A stretch of DNA of 64,000 nt from an uncultured Saprospiraceae bacterium (GTDB taxonomy: Bacteria > Bacteroidota > Bacteroidia > Chitinophagales > Saprospiraceae): NCBI GenBank assembly GCA_964486185.1, contig CAZALD010000013.1:34897-98896 (forward strand), read 5' to 3'. This document shows positions 1 to 8,652 of this stretch, piece after piece. Each line of letters begins with the position of its first letter. Position 1 is the first letter of the stretch. Both the position numbers and the translations under genes were made by a program. A model generated the notes under the pieces. That model was given only the letters and a program-made list of their open reading frames with translations. It was not told where the DNA came from and did no database searches.

Positions 1-37
1 AATCGCGTAAATAAATTTATTCTGATAAAAAGTTTTG

Positions 38-82
38 TTATCATAATCGAAAGCCGCATCATGCGGCTTTCGATTATGATAA
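38..82 (-). terminator. Long perfect hairpin downstream of the SdpI-like gene (19 bp perfect stem 40-58/62-80, 3-nt loop)
   Basis: atcataatcgaaagccgca / tgcggctttcgattatgat are exact reverse complements. The hairpin lies 16 nt past the stop of the minus-strand CDS. Confidence 0.55.
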
Positions 83-97
83 TACTATTCGTTTAAA

Positions 98-748
98 TCA
101 TAAATCCCGCTCTTTCCTAAATTCAAAATAAGAATACACTATGGGTATTAAAGCCATTATGCTAACCATTATGATAAATAAAATCACAAACAATTGATTG
201 TTGCTGATCAACATAGCTAATAGAATAATCAGCACGCCTCCTAACATCCAGATCTTACCTCCCATCTGGTGCGTTTTTTTCCAGACATTTTCACTTTCCA
301 AAGTCCAGGGCGTGCGTATGCCAAGAAAATAATTTGGCCGGATGGTTTGAAAATAATTTCCAAGCATGGCAAATAAAAAGCCTATTAATCCCAGAAGTAA
401 ATTGGGATTATTCATATCGCCGGCTTTGCTAAGATAGATTAGATAGATGGCCAAAATGGAAAAAAATGCCGTGAGCATAAATCTCAGGGAATAATATTTA
501 TCTCCCATCTGCTCTATTTTACGCTTTGGATCCAGTTTTGGAATCCACAACAACAACAAATACATCCCTATACACATGGCACCCGGAATCCATAACAAGG
601 CTGTTTTGGAAGACCAGTCATCGGCTTCACCGCTGATATTAAAATGGGTAGGTACCTGATCCGGCAATGTATCCCAGATTAAAGCCAGATATACATACGG
701 CAAGGCTATAAAAAGCCACAAAATGAGTTCTTTAAAATAGTTATTCAT
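98..748 (-). CDS. SdpI/DUF1648-family integral membrane (immunity-like) protein
   Basis: Multi-TM ORF with the DUF1648-like N-terminal motif LPDQVPTHFNISGEADDWSSK. I moved the start to the ATG at 748 (MNNYFKEL), 4 nt after the stop of the upstream ArsR/SdpR gene. Confidence 0.6.
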   Translation of the reverse strand: MNNYFKELILWLFIALPYVYLALIWDTLPDQVPTHFNISGEADDWSSKTALLWIPGAMCIGMYLLLLWIPKLDPKRKIEQMGDKYYSLRFMLTAFFSILAIYLIYLSKAGDMNNPNLLLGLIGFLFAMLGNYFQTIRPNYFLGIRTPWTLESENVWKKTHQMGGKIWMLGGVLIILLAMLISNNQLFVILFIIMVSIMALIPIVYSYFEFRKERDL

Positions 749-752
749 GGTC

Positions 753-1007
753 TTATTTTTTGAAAGTGAGAATATATTGTAATAAATCATCGACAATGGT
801 AGTATTGATAGAATACATCACAAACTGGCCCTGTTTAATGGTGGTAACAAGTCCTGCTCGTTTGAGCTTATCCAGATGATGCGAAATACTGGGCGCCGAC
901 ATCTCAAACCTGGCCGCAATATCTCCGGCAGTCATATCCCCTTCACGCAGCATGCTTAAAATTTCCCTCCGTGTAGGATCATTGAGCGCTTTAAAAATAT
1001 CATTCAT
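753..1007 (-). CDS. ArsR/SdpR-family winged-helix transcriptional repressor
   Basis: ALNDPTRREILSML..GDMTAGDIA..MSAPSISHHLDKLKRAGLV is a classic ArsR HTH. The 145-aa track ORF is trimmed to the internal ATG at 1007 (84 aa). Confidence 0.75.
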   Translation of the reverse strand: MNDIFKALNDPTRREILSMLREGDMTAGDIAARFEMSAPSISHHLDKLKRAGLVTTIKQGQFVMYSINTTIVDDLLQYILTFKK

Positions 1008-1293
1008 TTTTTTTTGAATCTGCTTTTCGATATTTATATAATTAGACAAATGTCTAATTAAACTACCAAATAACCAAACTTTTTTTAAAATTATTTTCTT
1101 GCTTAATATAATATGTTGATAATCAATCATTAATATTTTGATGTACTTTAGGGAACCTAAAAAGCATCTTGATTCCTTTTCATAACTCATTTCTTCGATT
1201 TAAGCTTTTTTTGCGTTTCTTTGTTTCCAATCTGATTGATCCAAATCTCAGAAATAACCATAGCCACGATTCATTTTTTAAATTAAGACCTTA

Positions 1294-2631
1294 TTGGATA
1301 CACAGAAAACTCATAGTACAGATCAAAAGACCATAACCGGGTTTTCGAAACTTTCCAAACGTGGTAAGATTAAATGGATTGTTGAGAATTTTTTTAAAGA
1401 CCCGGAAAATGTGATGCACGAACTGATGAGCTACTGGCATCACAATGAAGAGCAGCAAAACATACTTGACGGTTTTAGTGAAAACACAATCACCAATTTT
1501 CCCCTGCCATTTAGCGTTGCACCTAATTTTTATATCAATGGTAAAACGTATTGTGTTCCTATGGTCACTGAAGAAAGCAGTGTCGTCGCAGCTGCTTCAT
1601 CTGCTGCTAAATTCTGGATGGACAGAGGTGGGATCCAGGCTAAAATAATCAGCACAAAAAAACTAGGGCAAATTCATTTTTTGTGGAATGGCCATTCTGA
1701 ATTGTTGCAACAGCTTCTACCTGAGCTGCAAAGCATCATGCTGTATGAAGCCAAAGACATTATGCAAAATATGATTCAACGGGGTGGGGGCGTTTTAGAA
1801 ATGCAGCTAAAAAAACTGGACGACATTCCAAATTATCACCAGCTATTGGTATCTTTTAATACCTGCAACTCGATGGGTGCCAACTTTATCAATTCCTGCC
1901 TGGAATCATTCAGTACAACTCTTGAAAAATTTATTACACAAACTGATCATTTACATGATGACCAGCGGGAAGTTGAAATTATCATGTCGATTTTGTCTAA
2001 TTACACTCCGGAATGTCTGGTAAAAGCATGGGTATCCTGTCCGGTGTCATCACTAGGTGAGTTTAACGGAAACCTGAATGCAGAAGAGTTTGCAGAAAAA
2101 TTTTATACGGCAGTTCAGATTGCACATCAGGATCCTTACCGGGCTGTAACTCATAATAAAGGCATCTTCAATGGTGTGGACGCAGTCGTTATCGCCACCG
2201 CCAATGATTTTCGGGCTGTGGAAGCATGTGGTCATGCCTACGCAGCCAGGTCCGGAACCTACAAGAGCCTCAGTGATTGTCAGATTGAAAACAATACATT
2301 TACATTCAGTCTGGAAATTCCATTGTCACTTGGCACTGTCGGCGGATTAACGGCTATCCATCCAATGGCAAAACGATCACTGGAATTACTCGAAAATCCG
2401 ACTGCAGAAGAACTCATGATGATTACGGCAGCAACAGGATTGGCACAAAATTTTGCTGCAGTCCGCTCCCTTATAACCACAGGTATTCAACATGGGCATA
2501 TGAAAATGCATCTCGCAAACATCTTACAGCAACTAAACGCCAATGCAAAACAAACCAATTTAGCTAAGGAATATTTCGCTGATAAAAAAGTCAGTTTTAA
2601 TCTGGTAAGAGCTTATCTCGAGTCTATATAA
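1294..2631 (+). CDS. Hydroxymethylglutaryl-CoA reductase, class II
   Basis: Motifs TEESSVVAAAS, NSMGANFIN, LGTVGG and HMKMH. The length fits class II enzymes. TTG start as in the track. Confidence 0.85.
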   Translation: MDTQKTHSTDQKTITGFSKLSKRGKIKWIVENFFKDPENVMHELMSYWHHNEEQQNILDGFSENTITNFPLPFSVAPNFYINGKTYCVPMVTEESSVVAAASSAAKFWMDRGGIQAKIISTKKLGQIHFLWNGHSELLQQLLPELQSIMLYEAKDIMQNMIQRGGGVLEMQLKKLDDIPNYHQLLVSFNTCNSMGANFINSCLESFSTTLEKFITQTDHLHDDQREVEIIMSILSNYTPECLVKAWVSCPVSSLGEFNGNLNAEEFAEKFYTAVQIAHQDPYRAVTHNKGIFNGVDAVVIATANDFRAVEACGHAYAARSGTYKSLSDCQIENNTFTFSLEIPLSLGTVGGLTAIHPMAKRSLELLENPTAEELMMITAATGLAQNFAAVRSLITTGIQHGHMKMHLANILQQLNANAKQTNLAKEYFADKKVSFNLVRAYLESI

Positions 2632-2713
2632 TAATCTTTTTCTAAAGATGAAAAAATAAGGTTTTTAAACTTTTTAGTACATTCGTAGTCTACCTCCTTA
2701 TAAAATTATAAGT

Positions 2714-3574
2714 ATGAAATCAATAATCACTTCTTTCGTCGTTACACTATTCCTGACTTTTCAAATCGCATCTGTAAAAGCTCAGGATGCCGATTCTACT
2801 GGTTTACCCGGCGATCATTTTAGTCTCCAGGGCGCATTGCAAATGTTTCAAAAAGCAGGTTCTCCGGAAGAATTTGAAAAACTAATCAACAACGAAGACA
2901 ATCATGTCAATAACCTGGATCTCAATGAAGATGGTGAAACAGATTACATCCGTATAATCAGCAAATCAGAAGGAACTGCTCATGCATTTGTTCTTCAAGC
3001 TATCATCTCAGAATCTGAAGATCAGGATATAGCTGTCATCGAACTTGAGAAAACGGGAGATAATACGGCTGTGATACAGATAATAGGCGACGAAGATATT
3101 TTTGGCGAACAGCTTATTGTCGAACCTGTGGATGAATCTGATTCAGATCGGCTGGAACCTGAAAAAAAATCAGGCCCCAATGCCTGGTATGAAGAAGAAG
3201 ATTTCGGAATCGTAGTGAATGTATGGCTATGGCCCAGCGTCCGGTTTGTGTATGGACCTGCCTATCGTCCTTGGGTTTCTTCAGTGCGCTGGAGAGTTTA
3301 TCCCGGATGGTACAAACCCTGGAGACCACTCGGCTGGAGGGTGTTTCATCCCTTTCATCTCAGACATCATCGCGGATTTGGAGTTGCACGTACACACCGT
3401 GTAATACATGCACATCGCATTTATACTCCCCATCGCACTTATTCCAAAACTGTTAAAGTGCGCCATTCCAATTCAATTAGTAAATACCGCGTAACTCGCA
3501 CAAAAACTACTATCACAGGTCCTAAAGGAAACGTGAAAAAAACCAGAACAACGACCCGGATTAAAAAGAGATAA
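2714..3574 (+). CDS. Secreted hypothetical protein with an EF-hand-like loop and a basic W/R/H/P-rich tail
   Basis: Signal peptide ending VKAQD, Ca-loop-like DLNEDGETDYIR, acidic middle region, and a C-terminal tail rich in RPW/HR/TR. Confidence 0.5.
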   Translation: MKSIITSFVVTLFLTFQIASVKAQDADSTGLPGDHFSLQGALQMFQKAGSPEEFEKLINNEDNHVNNLDLNEDGETDYIRIISKSEGTAHAFVLQAIISESEDQDIAVIELEKTGDNTAVIQIIGDEDIFGEQLIVEPVDESDSDRLEPEKKSGPNAWYEEEDFGIVVNVWLWPSVRFVYGPAYRPWVSSVRWRVYPGWYKPWRPLGWRVFHPFHLRHHRGFGVARTHRVIHAHRIYTPHRTYSKTVKVRHSNSISKYRVTRTKTTITGPKGNVKKTRTTTRIKKR

Positions 3575-3661
3575 ATTATTTTGTTTTTTGAGAATAGTAC
3601 CTGGGTGTTCTGATTTTTTTGTATCGCCCATTCTCAACCGTGTCCTGTTTAAAATTGGAAA

Positions 3662-4843
3662 TTATTCAACCAATAAAACAAGTCCTTTCAGATAAGATCC
3701 TTCTGGATGAAACAGACTCACCGGATGATCGGGTCCCTGCGACAATTTATGCAGTATCCTGATGTTGCGTTGACTCTCGATTCCGGCCGACACAATAGTG
3801 TGGTAAAATAAATTTTCATCCACTACCTGTGAGCAAGAAAAAGTAAAAAGCAAACCATTTGCGGCGATTTTTTTTAGCGCCATTAGATTAATGCGTTTAT
3901 AAGCTTGTACAGCGGTGTGTCTTTTCGCAATACTTTTAGCGAATGCCGGAGGATCCAATATGATTAAATCATATTTTCCTGATTCCATGGATTGAAGATA
4001 GGTATTGACATCTTCACATATCGATTCATGCGATTTAGTTGTCAAATTATTCAACTCCAAATTATGGAGTAATAAATCAAGTGCTTTTTTAGAAACATCG
4101 ACAGAATCGACATGTTTTGCTTCATTAGCTAAAGCATACATGCTAAAACCGCCGCTATAACAATAAGCATTCAGTATATTTCTGTCCTTGGCATACTCAG
4201 AAACCAACTTTCTGTTGTCCCGTTGGTCCAGAAAAAACCCGGTCTTTTGACCCGTCAGACAATCTACCTTAAATCGAAAACCATTTTCCATACAAATCAA
4301 TTCGTCAGTCCATTCGCCGAGCCATACTTTATTTTGAATGGACAGGGCATATTCTGACGGTAAACTGTCTTTACTTTTGTCGATAATACCTGATAATCCA
4401 GCACCCATAATTTTTTTAATGGCCAGGATCAGCTGATCCAGATGACGGTGCATACCAATGGTATGGCATTGGATGACCACATACCGGTCAAATACATCAA
4501 TAATTAAACCGGGCAATTGGTCGCCTTCTCCATGAACCCATCTGTAGCAATTGCTGAGCTGGCGCTCAAAATGCCAGGATGATCGCAGCATAAAAGCCTG
4601 TTGAAGCCTTTCAAACCAAAATTCGTCTGTGTAATCTCTGCTACCAAAGGATAATAGCTTGATAGCAATACTGCCATTGTGATAATGACCAAAGCCTAGT
4701 CGATTTCCGTTAGCATCCTGCAAATAGACGGTTTCTCCATCTTCAGGAAGGTCCTGCTTTTCCATTAACGCTCCTGAAAAAACCCAGGGATGTTTTCGGT
4801 AAATATTGATTTCTTTATTTTTTTTTAACTTGAGGCTTTTCAT
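3662..4843 (-). CDS. rlmI: 23S rRNA (cytosine-C5)-methyltransferase, RlmI-like (PUA + class I SAM MTase)
   Basis: About 390 aa, with a PUA-like N-terminus (KHPWVFSGA), the motif YDLIILDPPAFAKS, and FTFSCS. Confidence 0.75.
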   Translation of the reverse strand: MKSLKLKKNKEINIYRKHPWVFSGALMEKQDLPEDGETVYLQDANGNRLGFGHYHNGSIAIKLLSFGSRDYTDEFWFERLQQAFMLRSSWHFERQLSNCYRWVHGEGDQLPGLIIDVFDRYVVIQCHTIGMHRHLDQLILAIKKIMGAGLSGIIDKSKDSLPSEYALSIQNKVWLGEWTDELICMENGFRFKVDCLTGQKTGFFLDQRDNRKLVSEYAKDRNILNAYCYSGGFSMYALANEAKHVDSVDVSKKALDLLLHNLELNNLTTKSHESICEDVNTYLQSMESGKYDLIILDPPAFAKSIAKRHTAVQAYKRINLMALKKIAANGLLFTFSCSQVVDENLFYHTIVSAGIESQRNIRILHKLSQGPDHPVSLFHPEGSYLKGLVLLVE

Positions 4844-4902
4844 GAGCTATAAAACCAAGAGTCTGCAATTTCCGTAAATCCTTCAAACTAAAGCCATAAA
4901 TA

Positions 4903-5862
4903 ATGAAAAAAGCCATTAAAATTGTCGTTTATCTAGCCCTGGTTGTTGCCAGTCTTATTTTATTATTCGTTGGGTATATTCATTTTAAAGGGATTCCCAC
5001 TTACGATCCACCAGTTATCAAGGAATTAAATATCCAGGTAACTCCTGAAAAAATTGAGGAAGGAGCCCGGATTTCATCCTTATTGTGCAGCAGTTGTCAT
5101 TTAGGCAAAGATGGCCGCCTTAGTGGTGGATTAATGAGAGATCTTGACCCGTCTTTTGGAAAAGTTTGGGTTCCTAATATTACCAATCATCCGACATATG
5201 GTATTGGTAAATGGACATCAGGAGAATTAGCTCATTTTTTACGTACAGGTTTACGTGCTGATGGAAGGTATGCACCGATCTGGATGCCTAAATTTCCGCG
5301 GCTTTCTGATGAGGACCTGGAGTCGATTATTTGTTTTTTGAAATCCGATATGCCTTTATTACAGGCTTCTGAAGCAGCACATCCGGCCAATCAACCCAGC
5401 TTTTTGAGTAAATTTCTCTGTAATGTGGTCTTTAAACCGATGGCCCTGCCAGAAAAACCGATTATCGCACCAGATACCAATGACCTGGTCGCTTATGGCA
5501 AATATGTGGCTCTTGGAAAAATAGAATGTTTTGCCTGCCATTCGGCAGATTTTACTAAACTCGATATGGACCATCCGGAAAAATCCCTGGGCTTTATGGG
5601 CGGAGGTAATAAATTGATTGACCTCGATGGTAAAACAGTACTTTCTGCCAATATTACCATGGATAAAACGACAGGAATTGGCAACTGGACCTATGACGAT
5701 TTTTACCGGGCCATGAAAGAGGCGAAACGGCCAGATGGTAAACCCATACGCTATCCTATGCTTCCTATGGGTAATCTCAAAGATTATGAAATCAAAGGCC
5801 TGTGGGCTTATTTACAAACAGTTCCAACGATTCAAAATACCGTTGAGAAAGTGTACGAATAA
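4903..5862 (+). CDS. Membrane-anchored di-haem cytochrome c
   Basis: N-terminal TM helix and two CxxCH motifs (CSSCH, CFACH). Confidence 0.75.
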   Translation: MKKAIKIVVYLALVVASLILLFVGYIHFKGIPTYDPPVIKELNIQVTPEKIEEGARISSLLCSSCHLGKDGRLSGGLMRDLDPSFGKVWVPNITNHPTYGIGKWTSGELAHFLRTGLRADGRYAPIWMPKFPRLSDEDLESIICFLKSDMPLLQASEAAHPANQPSFLSKFLCNVVFKPMALPEKPIIAPDTNDLVAYGKYVALGKIECFACHSADFTKLDMDHPEKSLGFMGGGNKLIDLDGKTVLSANITMDKTTGIGNWTYDDFYRAMKEAKRPDGKPIRYPMLPMGNLKDYEIKGLWAYLQTVPTIQNTVEKVYE

Positions 5863-6029
5863 CAAATTAAGACCTTTAATTTATTTATAAAGGCATACAT
5901 GCCACAACGGCAAGCAGGATGCATAAAATCCTATCGGGGATCTTATTTTGATCAATCTGTTTCGTATATAATGCAATCCTTCCGGTACTCTGGCAAATGC
6001 ACCGAAAGTCATTAAACAGATTGTCCAGG

Positions 6030-6302
6030 TCAAACTTTCAATTTCAGACTATAGTCCAGGACTTTTTGAATGCTGTCGGGATGTGCAGAAAAAAGTGCTT
6101 TTGGAACTGAGCGACTGGATTCTGTCAGCATAGTCAATTCTTGAGTTAAAGAATCATCCGAAGCAATACATTCTTCCAGAATTTGAGATTCTGTGGAACT
6201 GCAGTCATGATAAATAAAGCGAATTAATTGAAGAGATGTAAAATTAATAACCATAGGCGTAAATTCTTTCTTTAAATAAATAGTAAACAGCCTTCTTTTC
6301 AT
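6030..6302 (-). CDS. Small hypothetical protein (the start may be the internal ATG at 6254)
   Basis: ORF only. LIRFIYHDCSSTESQILEECIASDDSL resembles a small conserved Bacteroidota protein type I recall but cannot name. Confidence 0.35.
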   Translation of the reverse strand: MKRRLFTIYLKKEFTPMVINFTSLQLIRFIYHDCSSTESQILEECIASDDSLTQELTMLTESSRSVPKALFSAHPDSIQKVLDYSLKLKV

Positions 6303-6642
6303 CTTTATTGTTTGGCGATATTCTTATTTTTTAATTATTTTTTAAGCCTTTTTTAATTTCCGAAAGACAATTAACAGATTTTTTCGGTAAAAAATAAGGA
6401 GGCGATAATTTGTGTTCTATTTCCTTTAGAATTGAATCATAAACCGCCATTTTTAGGCATTCTGGCCAAATTTTAGGGAGTATTTACTTTCTTGCTTATT
6501 AACTGATTTTTGAAGTTTATTAAAAATATTTTTGACATTTATAACAAAGTTGGCATAGTATTAGAATAATATGTTATATGAATGATTAACAACCAATGCA
6601 AAATATAAAAGAAGTAGTTTTCTTTATTTGAGACCTTTAGAC

Positions 6643-6676
6643 ACCTGTAGATACGCCGGTATTTACAGGTTTTTTT
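6643..6676 (+). terminator. Strong orphan rho-independent terminator (12-bp stem, 4-nt loop, T6)
   Basis: acctgtagatac-gccg-gtatttacaggt followed by tttttt. The nearest upstream plus-strand CDS ends 780 nt away. Confidence 0.6.
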
Positions 6677-6805
6677 ATATAGATATACGAATACATCTGG
6701 ATCTGAAAAAGTGATTTTTAAAATTGTATTTGATGAAAAAATGAATTAAAAAAAACAAAACAATTAAAGTATAAACTAGCCGGCAACTGTTTCTGACATG
6801 CCCTG

Positions 6806-7558
6806 TTATTCAGGCTTCCATAAACAATCATCAAATTCCTGAACTTTGTAATTTTTAATTTTCACGCCTTCTTTTTTCAGGAGTTTTCCCATCCGTTCAC
6901 CGGCTTCTCCAAATTTTAACCGCCCGCTTAATTCACCTTTTGCATTGACTACTCTATGGGCAGGAACATCTGTAACATGACCTTCCAATTGATTTAAAGC
7001 CCATCCCACCATCCGGGCGGAACCCAGGCTCAGGAAATCGGCAATAAGACCATAGGTGCATACCTTACCTCTGGGAATACAACGCACCACATCATAGACC
7101 TGGTCAAAATAATGATTTTCCTTTAGGAACTCGTTGCGGTACTGCTTTAAAGCCTCGTCTTCAGCTGTACGCATTTGTTTCACCTGGCTTTCGCTTTTAT
7201 CGTCATAACCCAGAAAATGCAATACACCATGAATAATAACCCTCAATAACTCCCATTCAAAATCTATTTTTAACTCCCTTGCATTTTCTTTTACCCTGTC
7301 GATACTTATATACAACTCGCCTCCGATAACTTCCATACCCAATGGAAAACTTAGAATATCTGTGTAATAATCGTGATTTAAAAACTTCTTATTTAACTTC
7401 CTCAAATAGGCGTCACGACAAAAAATAATTTGAATATCACCCGCAATCTTCTGATGTTGTACCACAATGGCTTCAATCCACAAACGTATTTTGCGTGTGT
7501 TTATCTCAAAAGGATCGAGGTTGTAATGAAACTGTATATTGGCTTTCTTTTTCATCAT
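6806..7558 (-). CDS. ybeY: Fusion protein: rRNA maturation endoribonuclease YbeY (N-terminal) plus alkyltransferase-like/MGMT-family DNA-binding domain (C-terminal)
   Basis: N-terminal half carries the YbeY zinc motif HGVLHFLGYDD. C-terminal half carries CIPRGKVCTYGLIA...ARMVGWAL...VPAHRVVNAKGELSG, which is the MGMT fold with PAHRV in place of PCHRV. Confidence 0.75.
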   Translation of the reverse strand: MMKKKANIQFHYNLDPFEINTRKIRLWIEAIVVQHQKIAGDIQIIFCRDAYLRKLNKKFLNHDYYTDILSFPLGMEVIGGELYISIDRVKENARELKIDFEWELLRVIIHGVLHFLGYDDKSESQVKQMRTAEDEALKQYRNEFLKENHYFDQVYDVVRCIPRGKVCTYGLIADFLSLGSARMVGWALNQLEGHVTDVPAHRVVNAKGELSGRLKFGEAGERMGKLLKKEGVKIKNYKVQEFDDCLWKPE

Positions 7559-8265
7559 GTTTTAGAATATGCAAAGAAACTGAATTTTGAGATGGTCGGT
7601 TTAAACTTATTTTGTCAGAATTCTGATTTGAATGCTCTGTAGTAGAATACCTGTCCCGATCTGGTTGCTCTTTCATGCTTGCCCTGAGCATGGCATTCCG
7701 TCTTTTTGGAAACATATGGAATGGTTTACTGACAAAATTGAAATGGTTTGTAAATCTTTGATCGAATGGAAATCTCTTATTTTAACAATAGGTAATTACA
7801 TAAATACAAACAAAAATATTTTTTAAAGATGATGTTATAAATCGGAAGTTCATGAAAAAGATGGTGGATATGGACTATTTACCAAGTACCTTATCATTTT
7901 ATTAGCCAGTAATTGAGCCGAATGATTATTAGTTTAGTTGCAGACAGTAAGACTTATAATTAAAATCTATAGATTTAAAAGCAATATTTTCAGGAAATTA
8001 ATTTATAGTAAAATTGAAATAAATATCGATTGCGCTGATGCTATCATCATCCGAATATACCAAAGGCAACCAAATGCATATTTGAGAAAAACAAAAGTCT
8101 GGATGTCTTTTAATACAATCTGTAAAAAAAAGAAGAAAAGCTGGTCAATGACCTGTGGTAATTCGGGATTAACATGCCAGTGACCATCAGGGACCACAGA
8201 TAAATTTGCTGGAAATAGAAAGGTTTTGAACAAGAATTTAGCTTATTAAGAAACAAGCTAAATAA

Positions 8266-8652
8266 TCAAATCATAAATTTTATTTCGACGGTACGTCCAT
8301 GATCGTGAAAGATGACGCGATCCGATAGTTTTTGCATTAAAAAGACACCCCGTCCACCGCAGTTTTCCAGATTTTCCGGAAGAGTAGGATCCGGGATGGA
8401 GGCTGGATCAAAACCAGGTCCTTCGTCAGATATTCTAAAGCAGATATGTTTTTTTTGTCGGGTTGTTTTGACGCAGACGTATTTTGTGCAATCTGATTTA
8501 TTGCCATGAAGTATGGCATTGTTAACAGCTTCTGTAAGAGATACCAATACATTGGGATATAGTTTATTATCCAACTGGTAGTCGGTAAATATTTTTCTTA
8601 AATATTCTTCTACCATACAAATATTGGCCGGTATGGAAGCAATTTTAATCAT
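8266..8652 (-). CDS. HATPase_c-type anti-sigma regulatory kinase (RsbW/SpoIIAB-like)
   Basis: N-box NAILHGN, G1 box DEGPGFD, and GGRGVFL. The start is set to the ATG at 8652, which overlaps the TGA of the upstream gene (ATGA). Confidence 0.7.
   Translation of the reverse strand: MIKIASIPANICMVEEYLRKIFTDYQLDNKLYPNVLVSLTEAVNNAILHGNKSDCTKYVCVKTTRQKKHICFRISDEGPGFDPASIPDPTLPENLENCGGRGVFLMQKLSDRVIFHDHGRTVEIKFMI

Noticed and set aside
753-1190. Long N-terminal extensions offered by the ORF track. They affect 753-1190, 98-796, 12367, 13220-14344, 14551, 14960, 28961, 32291, 38909, 49702, 51977-52897, 56952 and 58954.
   Set aside because: Family-typical N-termini begin at internal ATG/GTG codons. 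The extensions overlap upstream genes or contain promoter boxes, so I used the shorter coordinates.
1445-2480. Nested or antisense ORFs inside well-supported genes, for example 1445-1648, 2053-2235, 2280-2480, 16360-16963, 24387-24695, 29058-30084 and 39049-39453.
   Set aside because: Each lies wholly within a strongly motif-supported CDS in another frame or strand, with no features of its own.
5884-6012. A 43-aa minus-strand ORF (MTFGAFARVPEGL...) in the gap after the cytochrome c gene.
   Set aside because: It is below any useful evidence threshold: no motif, no clear start context, and an odd composition.
7430-8233. Short ORFs in the 700-bp gap (7430-7642, 7506-7715, 7632-7826, 7938-8183, 8003-8233).
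   Set aside because: They overlap each other, have no motifs and implausible composition, and two run into the ybeY start. I kept the region only as a non-coding finding.
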